From Candidatus Eiseniibacteriota bacterium (GTDB lineage: Bacteria; Eisenbacteria; RBG-16-71-46), in the NCBI GenBank assembly GCA_036522895.1, contig DATDEX010000286.1:3929-67928 (forward strand): a stretch of DNA of 64,000 nucleotides. Direction: 5' to 3'. A program made the translations under genes and the position numbers. Every line of letters begins with the position of its first letter. The stretch's first letter is position 1. The notes beneath the pieces are model-generated. The model ran no database searches. It worked only from the letters and a program-made list of their open reading frames with translations, and had not been told where the DNA came from. Shown in pieces: positions 49,538 to 58,346 of this stretch.

Positions 49538-50191
49538 CTACGCTTGAACGATCTTGTTGCGGATGGCGTATCGGACGAGCTCGCTGATCGAGCGGAAGCG
49601 CAGCTTGCGCATCAGATTCGCGCGATGAGCCTCGACCGTCTTGACACTGATTCCGAGTGCCGAGGCGGCCTCCTTGTTGCTGCTTCCTTCCGCGAGCAAC
49701 TGAATCAGTTCTCGCTCTCGCGTGGTCACGGCGGTGTGAGGCGAGGCCTTGTCTTGTTCCTCCGTCCGGCTGAGGTAGTCATCCAGGACGAATTCCGTGA
49801 CCTTCGACGATAGGAATGGCTCGTGGCGGCGCAAGCTTTCGACGGCGGCGATCAAGCTCTCGTCCGCGTCGGACTTGAGGACGAACCCGCGCGCGCCGGC
49901 TTGTAGAACGGTGCGCGCGAGCTCCTCGGAGTGGTGCATCGTCAGCACGAGCACCTCGGTGCGTGGCGACACCTTCAAGATCTGGCGCGTCGCGTCGAGG
50001 CCATTCAACTCAGGCAGGCTCAGATCCATCACGACGATGTCGGGCTGCAGCTGCCTGGCGGCTTCCACCGCCGCGCGACCCGTCGTGGCTTCCGCGGAGA
50101 CCTCCCAGCCTTGCTGCGACTCGAGAAGGGCACGCACGCCCCTGCGGACGACGGCATGATCGTCGACGACGACGATGCGCAGCGTCGTCAT
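49538..50191 (-). CDS. NarL/FixJ-family response regulator (receiver + LuxR-type HTH)
   Basis: Receiver IVVVDDHAVVRRGVRALL...DIVVMDLSLP. HTH LTTRERELIQLLAEGSSNKEAASALGISVKTVEAHRANLMRKL. Confidence 0.85.
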   Translation of the reverse strand: MTTLRIVVVDDHAVVRRGVRALLESQQGWEVSAEATTGRAAVEAARQLQPDIVVMDLSLPELNGLDATRQILKVSPRTEVLVLTMHHSEELARTVLQAGARGFVLKSDADESLIAAVESLRRHEPFLSSKVTEFVLDDYLSRTEEQDKASPHTAVTTRERELIQLLAEGSSNKEAASALGISVKTVEAHRANLMRKLRFRSISELVRYAIRNKIVQA

Positions 50192-51774
50192 GACGCAGTC
50201 CGCGGGACCAGGACACTCGCTCGCACGATCGTCCGATGGCGGCTCGATTCGACCTCGAGCGTGCCGCGAATCTGCTTGAGCCGTTCGCGCACACCCCCGA
50301 GCCCGACGCCGAGAGCACCAACGCCCCCCATCAGCTGAGCGACGAGATCCGGCGCCATGCCTCGCCCGCAGTCCTCGATCTCGAGCGCCAGCCGGTCACC
50401 CGAGACCCGAAGGCGAATGCACGCGGTCGGACTGTCGGCATGACGATGAACGTTGATCAAGGCCTCCTGAACCACGCGGAAGAGCGTCGTCTCGACGTCC
50501 TGCGGCAGGCGTTCCAAGAACTCGGGCAAGTCGAGGTCGACCCGGATGCCGCTTCGATCAGCGAACCCCTTCGCGTACCAACGCAGCGCCGACAACAAGC
50601 CGGTCTCGTCAAGGAATGGGGGATGGAGCAGATAGGCCAACGTGCGGATCTCGGTCATCGAGCGATCGGCGAGCTGGATGCTTTCGGCGAGGAGCGCGCG
50701 CTCGGAGTCGGAGAGCCGATCAGACGTTCGGATCAGACGCGCCAGCAGCATCTTCAGCCCGGCGAGGTCCTGGGCGGTGGTTTCGTGGAGCATTCGCGCG
50801 ACGCGTCTCCGTTCGTCGTCCTGTGCGTGCATGAGACGATTTGCCAGGGTCCGCAACGCCTCCTTGGCCTGCCGCGACTCGGTCACGTCCTGCGTCGTGC
50901 CGAAGATGCTGACCGGATCCCCGAGCGGATCGCTCACGAGATATCCACGCGAATGGAGTATGCGCTCCTCTCCATCGCGACGGCGCATTCGGTAGTAGAA
51001 GCTGTAGGGCTCCTTCGTCTCCAAGGTGCGATAGATCCCGGTCCAGATGGTCGCGTGATCGTCGGGATGAATGAACTTCATCGAGTCCCTGATTGGATCG
51101 ATCTCACCCGGCTGCACGCCAAAGATCCGATAGAGCTCGTCGGACCACGTGCACACGTGGTTCGGCACATCCCAGTTCCAACTGCCGAGATGAGCCACTC
51201 GCTGCGCCTCGGACAGGAGACGCTCGCTACTCCTCAACTGCTGGTCCACCTGTTTGTGCTCTACGGCGATGCTCGCCAGATGCGTGGCGCGGCTGACGAG
51301 CTCGAGGTCTTGCGCAGGTGGCGGCCCCGGCACGTCGCTGCACACGGCAAACGTCCCGAGCGGGAGGGCCTGTGTCGAAAGGAACGGCGTCGACCAGACG
51401 GCACGAATGTTCGCTGCGCTTGCTGCATCGTGAAAGTCGGCGTACTGCGGGTCACGCGCGAGGTCTGGACAGACGATCTGCTCGCGGCATCTCACGGCCG
51501 CGCCACACGGGCTGACCGCACTCACCAGGAACGAGGCGACCGTCCGGCGCCAGCCGTCCGGCAGGTTGGGACCCGAAGTCAAGGTGAGGCGCTCGCTGGT
51601 GCCGTCCAGTAAGAAGATCGCCGATCGGTGGCCCGACTGCTCGTCGATCACGCGGCAGAGCGCGTCGAGGGTCGTCTCGAGCGGCGCGCCGGTCGCGATC
51701 AGCTCGAGGACGTTGCGTTCCCCGCAGAGCAAGGTTCCCGCGGGCGATGGCTCGTGAGCAGGTACCGTTGTCAT
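50188..51774 (-). CDS. PAS/GAF-containing sensor histidine kinase (HisKA_3 / NarX-type)
   Basis: H-box LHETTAQDLAGLKMLLARL (HisKA_3). C-terminal HATPase G-boxes (DCGRGMAP, GVGLGGVRER). Overlaps the downstream response regulator by 4 nt, so they form an operon. Confidence 0.8.
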   Translation of the reverse strand: MTTVPAHEPSPAGTLLCGERNVLELIATGAPLETTLDALCRVIDEQSGHRSAIFLLDGTSERLTLTSGPNLPDGWRRTVASFLVSAVSPCGAAVRCREQIVCPDLARDPQYADFHDAASAANIRAVWSTPFLSTQALPLGTFAVCSDVPGPPPAQDLELVSRATHLASIAVEHKQVDQQLRSSERLLSEAQRVAHLGSWNWDVPNHVCTWSDELYRIFGVQPGEIDPIRDSMKFIHPDDHATIWTGIYRTLETKEPYSFYYRMRRRDGEERILHSRGYLVSDPLGDPVSIFGTTQDVTESRQAKEALRTLANRLMHAQDDERRRVARMLHETTAQDLAGLKMLLARLIRTSDRLSDSERALLAESIQLADRSMTEIRTLAYLLHPPFLDETGLLSALRWYAKGFADRSGIRVDLDLPEFLERLPQDVETTLFRVVQEALINVHRHADSPTACIRLRVSGDRLALEIEDCGRGMAPDLVAQLMGGVGALGVGLGGVRERLKQIRGTLEVESSRHRTIVRASVLVPRTAS

Positions 51775-52062
51775 GGTGATTGCTCGATCGAAGGACTGAC
51801 CACCAACTCACCATACACCCCTTGAAAGCGGAAGGACACGTGGGTCCCTCCCTAGTCGGCCTTAGGTGGTCCCTCATTGCCAATTCCACAGTTCAACGGA
51901 TGGGCACATCCCCTCCCATCCGCTTCAATCTTCGTCGTGTCCTCACCCAGGATCTACGCCGTGCCCGCGCGGGCGGATCGCTTGACGTCGGCGAGGGCGA
52001 CCGCCCGGCGCCCGGTCGGGGGCCGGAGTCCTGACATCCCCGGACGCTGCCTGCTGCTGGTC

Positions 52063-53310
52063 ATGGCGGCCGGCGGCGAGCGCGATCGCGTGTCCTCGGC
52101 GCTGGGTGCGCAAGGCTTCGCGGTGATGGTGGCCGCGGACGAGCGAGAGATCGCCGCCGCGCTCGATGTCGTGTTCCCGGACTTCGCGCTCGCGTTCTGG
52201 GACGCGGAATCCTCGTCGGCGATGAACACCCTCCGCCGCGTGGCACCCGCGGTCGCCGTGCTGGTGCTGCCGAGCGCACACGGCGAAGAGGCCGGTGCCG
52301 ACGCAGCCGCGTTCCGCGCGAAGCTCGTCGAGGCAGAGCGCGTCCTCGCCACCTCGGCGACGCCCCGGCCGTCCCGTCGGCTGCCGTTCGACCCATTCGT
52401 CGGTCGCAGCAAGGCCATCCGTCGGCTCGCGGAGGAAGCCAGGATCGCGCTCGGCTCCGAGAGCCCGGTGCTCATCGAGGGCGAGACTGGAAGTGGCAAG
52501 GGCGTGCTCGCCGAATGGCTCCACCGCCAGGGCACGCACCGCCAGCAGCCGTTCATCGACTTGAACTGCGCCGGATGCTCGCGCGAGCTCCTGGACTCGG
52601 AGCTGTTCGGGCACGAGCGGGGCGCGTTCACGGGGGCGGTGTCGTCCAAGCCCGGGCTGATCGAGGTCGCCGAGGGCGGAACGCTGTTCCTCGACGAGAT
52701 CGGGGACATGGAGTCACCGATCCAGGCCAAGCTGCTCAAGGTCATCGAGGAGAAACGCTTCCGCAGGATCGGCGAGAACCGCGAGCGGCATGCGAACGTG
52801 CGCATCATCGCCGCGACCCACCGTAACCTGCTCCAACTCGTACGCGACAGCTCGTTCCGCGAAGACCTCTACTACCGGATCGGCGTGCTCTCGCTGCGCG
52901 TTCCGCCCCTTCGCCGCCGGCGGGAGGACTTGGCGCCGCTCGTCGAGTCGCTCCTGCACACGCTCGCCCGCGACCTCGGACGGCCCACGCCCGCGATCTC
53001 GCGCAACACTTCGCGGATCCTGCTCGACCGCGCCTGGCCGGGGAACTTGCGCGAGCTCCGAAACACGCTCGAGCGCGCGATCCTCGCCGCGGAGGCGGGG
53101 CCGATCGAGCCGCATCACCTGGGACGCGCCGACGCGGCCCCGGTGCGCGCGATTCGGAACGGCGACACGCTGCTCGACGTCGAGCGGGCCTACATCGAGC
53201 GCGTCCTCGTGGAAGAGCCACACGTCGAGCGCGCGGCCCGCCGACTGGGCATGGCGCGGAGCACGCTCTACCAGAAGCTCCAGCAACTTGGGATCCGCCG
53301 CTCCCGCTGA
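52063..53310 (+). CDS. Sigma-54-dependent Fis-family transcriptional activator (enhancer-binding protein)
   Basis: Walker A GETGSGKGVLAEWLH. ELFGHERGAFTGA with the GAFTGA motif. Arginine fingers. C-terminal Fis-type HTH (RAARRLGMARSTLYQKL). The N-terminal receiver-like region is degenerate. The ORF begins at 51877; the Met at 52063 is preferred, but the start is uncertain. Confidence 0.8.
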   Translation: MAAGGERDRVSSALGAQGFAVMVAADEREIAAALDVVFPDFALAFWDAESSSAMNTLRRVAPAVAVLVLPSAHGEEAGADAAAFRAKLVEAERVLATSATPRPSRRLPFDPFVGRSKAIRRLAEEARIALGSESPVLIEGETGSGKGVLAEWLHRQGTHRQQPFIDLNCAGCSRELLDSELFGHERGAFTGAVSSKPGLIEVAEGGTLFLDEIGDMESPIQAKLLKVIEEKRFRRIGENRERHANVRIIAATHRNLLQLVRDSSFREDLYYRIGVLSLRVPPLRRRREDLAPLVESLLHTLARDLGRPTPAISRNTSRILLDRAWPGNLRELRNTLERAILAAEAGPIEPHHLGRADAAPVRAIRNGDTLLDVERAYIERVLVEEPHVERAARRLGMARSTLYQKLQQLGIRRSR

Positions 53311-53401
53311 CGGAGAAGCGTGGCGTGCCTCTCTGCAAGGCGTGACCGTCTGGCGCGGGCGGACCCGAAGGCGCTCGGGCGGCTCGCAGCGGCTCGACCG
53401 C

Positions 53402-53782
53402 TCAATCGATGCCGCCGTCCTCCAGCTGTTCCCGCACGGCCGCCACGAGCATCTCCAGGTCGAGCGGTTTCCAAAAAGTGCGCCGCGCGCCGAACCGACG
53501 TGCCAGGTCGAGCAAATCCAGTGGGGAGTTACTACTGCCGCCCGAGATCGCAATTATCCGCACCGCCGGCGCGAGCTGTCGCAGCTCCCGAATGCACTCG
53601 AGCCCCTCTTTCTCGGGCATCAGGATGTCAGTGATCACGAGGTCAGGGTGCAGTGTCTGGAACACCCGAATCCCCTCTTCGCCATCCCGCGCATCGACGA
53701 CCTCGTAGCCTGCCGATTCAAGTGCGCGTCGCAGCATGGACCGGATCTGAGCTTCGTCGTCGATAACGAGGATCCTGCTCAT
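53402..53782 (-). CDS. Single-domain CheY-like response regulator receiver
   Basis: MSRILVIDDEAQIRSMLRRALESAGYEV...DLVITDILMP...RIIAISGG. Confidence 0.75.
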   Translation of the reverse strand: MSRILVIDDEAQIRSMLRRALESAGYEVVDARDGEEGIRVFQTLHPDLVITDILMPEKEGLECIRELRQLAPAVRIIAISGGSSNSPLDLLDLARRFGARRTFWKPLDLEMLVAAVREQLEDGGID

Positions 53783-53924
53783 CGCTGATGGCTCCTCACG
53801 CGGCGTCGCATCACAAGTGTAGACGCCTGACGTGAGCATCGGCCCACCCTTCGAGTTGCGCCATGGGGTGAAGTGCCGAGTTCCGCGCAGCGGTTCGACT
53901 AAGGCTCCCTAGGCTCTTGTCCGG

Positions 53925-54368
53925 ATGGCCCTCCGCACTGCGGGACCGGCCGGGGAACCCGGTCTGCTGTGGTTCGGCTGGTACGGCCTCAACGCCGGGA
54001 GCGAATTCCGCGTCGACGCAACCACGACGGCGGCATTCATCAACACTGACCTCGCGGCCTCGGTTGCGGGCGTGGCGTGGATGCTGGTCGAGTGGATGAC
54101 AGCGCGAAAGCCCAAGTTCCTGGGCCGCCTGACCGACTCGGTGGCGGGCCCGGCCACGATCACACCGGCCGCCGGCTACGCTTCACCACAGAGTGCCGTG
54201 CTGATCGGCATCGTCGCGGGCGGGGCACAATCGGGGCGCGCGCGGGCATCTTCATGCGTGCAGCTCACTTCGGCACTTGGGAGGGAAGCGGCGTCCCCAA
54301 CGGGATTCGAACGCGACCGACCAGGTCAAACCATCGTCGCGACCTGTCGACCAAGAGCGCAAAGATAA
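53925..54368 (+). pseudogene. Internal fragment of an Amt-family ammonium transporter gene
   Basis: LLWFGWYGLNAGS...NTDLAASVAGVAWMLVEWM..KPKFLGRLTDSVAGPATITPAAGY...IGIVAGG aligns to the middle third of AmtB. The N-terminal and C-terminal thirds are absent and the frame degenerates after about 100 aa. Confidence 0.6.
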
Positions 54369-54536
54369 CGACTTGCGCGAGGGGTCAGACGACGGGAAGC
54401 GACGGGAGTAGACGTTCGACGCGGACAGTTCGGGGACACTTGAGGGACAGCGGATTCAACTTTCAGTGGAGCTGGTCGAGCGAGACTGTTGCGGGGCAGG
54501 TGACGATGTATTGAGTTCGGCGGGCTTCGTCCGCGC

Positions 54537-55770
54537 TCAACGCGTGGACCCAGCGGTCAGTTGCTTCCGCAGGATCCAGACGCGGCCGTCGGACTCGGCG
54601 TAGCTGAACCCCATGTCGATCATGATGCTCCCCAGCATGGTCAGCTCGTTCACGCTGAGCGACACGAAGCGCTCGGGGATCGGCAGGTACGGCGGGTTGG
54701 GCCCCAGGGTGCGCCGGGCGCCGGTGTTCTGATCGGTGAATGAAGTTTTCGGCGTCCCGCCCCACAGCCCCACGTCCGCGAACGCCGTGTCGAGCTTGCT
54801 CTCGCTCATGCACCAGTTGAACGGCGCCACGTCCTGGCTCGTGGCCGGCCCGGTCCAGATCCTGGCGCGGATGCGCCAGCACGCGTCGACGTACTCGAGC
54901 GCCGGATCACCGTAGTCCATCTGCATTCGGTGGGCCGGCTCCTCCTCGATGATCAGCACGACACGCGGCCACATGTTGTTGGCCAGGTTGTAGGGCCAAG
55001 CGTCGAACATAAGATTGAGCTCCGTGTCGCGCACGTTGCGGTAGTACGTCCTGGGCAGGGCTTCGCGGCCGTAGTGGAACTTCCCCGCGCCGCCCGCGCT
55101 GCCCGCGGCGCCAGCGTCGTTCGGCTTCTGCACGAGAACGGCGGCTACCTGGAGGAGCCGCCCGAGCAGGCCTTTCCGCGGCTCCGTGGTGCTGTCCGGA
55201 GTCACTGGGGCGGTCGGGCACGATCGACACTTGGTCGAGTTGTACTCCAGCGGAACCCCCTGTGACGGCAGCAGCGGTTTGCCTGGCCCATTCGCAGAGG
55301 CGACCGTGACGGCGCTGGCGGTGGGACCGGTGCGGGATTCGAACGAGATCTCGTACCCACGGAGCACGGGGCGGCGGCCGTCGAGCACGATCTGCCCGCG
55401 CACGTACGCGTGGTCGCACGCCGGGTGGTTGCACTGGTTGTGTCGCATCCAGTCGAGGTAGTAGTCACTCAATTGATCGAACAGCAGTGTGGCGAGCTCG
55501 TTATTGTCGGCGTCGCGCAGCCAGCCCGGGTAGCAGCAACGCATTCACCGTGCCGTAGGTCTCGATGAAGCGGCCGACCATCGTGGAAGCGGAGTCTTGA
55601 AACTGCGCCGCCGGGAGCGAGGTCCACACCGTTCCCGGCGGCGCCACGGCGATGGTGTCCGTCTTGTTGGACGTCGGAGTGCCGGCGCTGGGGCGCGGGC
55701 TGACTTGCCCGTATGCTGCTGACGCGATCAGGAAAACCACCATTGCAAAAGGAGCGATACGGCTCGTCAT
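54537..55770 (-). pseudogene. Frameshifted gene for a secreted hypothetical protein
   Basis: Signal peptide MTSRIAPFAMVVFLIASAAYGQ starts at 55770, overlapping the upstream gene's stop as ATGA. That frame ends at 55501 (...NALLLPGLAARRRQ*). The adjacent frame continues as ...WLRDADNNELATLLFDQ... for 335 aa from 55544. The join is consistent with a 1-nt indel near 55505-55545. Confidence 0.45.
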
Positions 55771-57248
55771 CGCAGCACGATCGTCGTGCGGCCCGTAACG
55801 ACGCCATCGGTTCGCATGCGCGCATAATAGACACCGCGCGGCGCCCGCGCTCCGCGCTCGTCGCGGCCGTCCCAGACCAGCGGGTGGATGCCGGCCGCCA
55901 GCGACGCACTCGTCAGCAGGCGGCGCACGAGACCGCCCTGCAAGCCGTGGATCGCCACGTCCACGCGGGCGGCGCGCGAAAGCTCCGCGGCGAGGCTCAC
56001 CGCGCCGTGCGCGGGATTGGGGCCGGCGAGCATGAGAGCGAAGCGCGTGGGCAGGCCAGCGGGCGGGACCGAGGTCGTGGGCGAGGTATTCAACAGCACC
56101 GACACGGTGCCGGTGATGGCGCTCGCCACCGCCAAGTCCCGCTTGCCGTCGTGGTTCAGGTCCCCGACCGCCACGCAAGCGGGTCCAGGCGCGGATGGGT
56201 AGTCCGTCTTCGTCTGGAATGTCCCGTCGCCGTTCCCCAGCAGCACCGACACATAGGCGGTTGGCTGAGTGGCGTTCGCCGTGACCAGATCCAACCTACC
56301 GTCGCCGTTGAGATCCCCGATCGCCACGCAAGATGGAGCGGTGAATGTTCCGTAGGGGACATTCGCCGCAAACGTCCCGTCGGGGAGTCCCAGCAGTACC
56401 GACACCGTGGCGGACCCGATGTTCGCCACCGCGAGGTCGGGATTGCCGTCGCCGTCGAAGTACCCAATCGCGACCGATCTGGGGTTGTGCCCGGTCGCGT
56501 AGTCCGCCTTCGTCGGAAAAATCCCGCCGCCGCTCCCCAGCAGCACCGACACCGTGTTGGACCCGTTGTTTGCCACCGCAAGGTCGGGAATAACGTCGCT
56601 GTTGAAATATCCAATCGCGACGGAATAAGGACCGATTCCAGCCGTATAGGGGGTCGCGGACCCGAAGATCCCATGCCCGTTGTTGAACAGCGTGTAGATC
56701 TTGCCTGTCGTGCTGCTCGCCACCGCGAGGTCGGGATGGCCGTCGCCGTTGAGATCCCCGATCGCAACCAATGTTGCCGCCCCCCCGGTGTTGTAGTCCG
56801 CCCTTGTCCCGAACGTCCGGTTGCCGTTCCCCAACCACACCGAGACCCCAAAAAGGATGGCGTTGCCGTTCGTCACCACGATGTCGAGGTTGCCGTCGCC
56901 ATTGACGTCCCCGATCGCCACGGAGGAGATGCCGGACACCCTCGCCGTAGTGTCCTTCCTCGCCGGGAACCCCCCGATGCCGTCACCGTACAGCACCGTC
57001 AGTCCGTTGGCGCCGCCCGCCACCAGGTCGGGGTTGCCATCGTTGTCGAGGTCCCCGATCGCCACGGACGAAAGAAGTCCCAACGTCCCATAGTCCATGT
57101 AGGGCATGAATATGGAGTCCGCGTTGGCCCTCCCGAACGATGTAGCGAGGCAGATGAGGAGGAGCAGGCCCAGACCGGTGCTCGTGCGCGGGGATGGGAG
57201 GTTGCCTGGGAGAGGGCCGCGACGGGAGTGAGCAGGGAGGCAAGTCAT
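55767..57248 (-). CDS. Secreted FG-GAP repeat (integrin-alpha-like beta-propeller) protein with T9SS C-terminal domain
   Basis: Signal peptide ...LLLLICLATSFGRANA. About 7 repeats AIGDxNGDGxPDLAVAN. CTD ending ...VYYARMRTDGVVTGRTTIVLR. Confidence 0.7.
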   Translation of the reverse strand: MTCLPAHSRRGPLPGNLPSPRTSTGLGLLLLICLATSFGRANADSIFMPYMDYGTLGLLSSVAIGDLDNDGNPDLVAGGANGLTVLYGDGIGGFPARKDTTARVSGISSVAIGDVNGDGNLDIVVTNGNAILFGVSVWLGNGNRTFGTRADYNTGGAATLVAIGDLNGDGHPDLAVASSTTGKIYTLFNNGHGIFGSATPYTAGIGPYSVAIGYFNSDVIPDLAVANNGSNTVSVLLGSGGGIFPTKADYATGHNPRSVAIGYFDGDGNPDLAVANIGSATVSVLLGLPDGTFAANVPYGTFTAPSCVAIGDLNGDGRLDLVTANATQPTAYVSVLLGNGDGTFQTKTDYPSAPGPACVAVGDLNHDGKRDLAVASAITGTVSVLLNTSPTTSVPPAGLPTRFALMLAGPNPAHGAVSLAAELSRAARVDVAIHGLQGGLVRRLLTSASLAAGIHPLVWDGRDERGARAPRGVYYARMRTDGVVTGRTTIVLR

Positions 57249-57751
57249 GATGGCCCGGAAGCCGCTGGGTGCCATCTCTCAACCCCGGACGGGCGGCGTG
57301 AGCCCGGGTGAAGGGAAGGTCGGTCCTGGCACGGGGGGCGGCCCGGGTGACGACAGGGAGCGCATGGCGACAAGCCTTGCGTCCGAATCCTGTGACGAAG
57401 CGAACGGGGTGTCAATGGTGAATCGAGCATTCAACCTCAGTGGGCTTGGAGCAGCGGGGCGGTGGCGGGGCGAGCGGCGGCGAAGTGAGCGAGTTCGGAG
57501 TGCTGGCTCCCTCGTTCAATCCGGGCCCGAGAGGATCGGTTCCCACGATCCAGAAGGCCCCATCGGATCCGATTGGGCATCCGGAACCTCGGTAGGAGAG
57601 ATTGGAGGCGGGTGGCCTTCGTGGCAACCATCGGTATTGGTCTGGTTCATGCGAAACGAGACACGATCCGCCGGCGGGTGGGGTCCCCACGTATGCTACA
57701 CTCCTGACCGCCTTTTCTTGCGCCGCCAGCACCCGTGGAGAAGCCGCCAAC

Positions 57752-58330
57752 ATGGTCGCCTACCGCTCCGATCCGCCGTCGCCACTCGGGGGCCATACGG
57801 GTGCGCCTGCCGGTGATCGCCGCCATCTGGACGAGGTCTTCAGCGTCGCGTACGAAGAGTTGCGGCGGCTGGCGGCGAGCGTTCGCCGACGGGAAAGGAG
57901 CGTCACGCTCAATCCCACGGCGTTGGTGAACGAGGCCTGGATCAAGCTCGCGAGCAACCCGAAACTGGCGCAAACCTCGCAGCCACACTTCAAGCGCATC
58001 GCCGCGCGCGCCATGCGGCAGGTGCTGGTCGAAGCGGCTCGGCGGCGCTCGGCACGCAAACGCGGCGGTCCCGAAGCCGTCTTCGTGACCTTCGACGAGT
58101 CGGTCCGCGCCGCCGCCGCTTGGGCCGACGACGTCGTCGAGCTCGATGCGGCGCTCGAGCGGCTGGCCTCGCTCAATCCCCGGCAGGCGCAGCTGGTCGA
58201 AAGTCGGTTCTTTGGCGGGCTCGATGTGCCCGAAGCGGCCCGGCTCCTCGGTGTCTCCGAGGCGACGGCGCAGCGCGACTGGCGCGCAGCGCGCGCCTGG
58301 CTCTCCAGCGAGCTGCGTTCATCCGCATGA
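57752..58330 (+). CDS. ECF-type sigma-70 family RNA polymerase sigma factor (the type that co-occurs with Ser/Thr kinases)
   Basis: Region 2 (VFSVAYEELRRLAAS...LVNEAWIKL) and region 4 HTH (LVESRFFGGLDVPEAARLLGVSEATAQRDWRAARAWL). Confidence 0.7.
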   Translation: MVAYRSDPPSPLGGHTGAPAGDRRHLDEVFSVAYEELRRLAASVRRRERSVTLNPTALVNEAWIKLASNPKLAQTSQPHFKRIAARAMRQVLVEAARRRSARKRGGPEAVFVTFDESVRAAAAWADDVVELDAALERLASLNPRQAQLVESRFFGGLDVPEAARLLGVSEATAQRDWRAARAWLSSELRSSA

Positions 58331-58346
58331 AGCTCTGCGGTCGCGC

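Noticed and set aside
54303-54312. GGATTCGAAC (reverse complement of the tRNA T-loop GTTCGAATCC) suggesting a minus-strand tRNA or att-site remnant
   Set aside because: Flanking sequence cannot be folded into a T-stem (TCGCG / CCCGT do not pair), nor into an acceptor stem. It is probably coincidence within the Amt remnant, and is left for tRNAscan confirmation.
55469-55909. 146-aa minus ORF spanning the junction of the frameshifted gene
   Set aside because: It is the third frame across the overlap region. The translation lacks the signal peptide and coherence seen in the two frames used for the pseudogene call.
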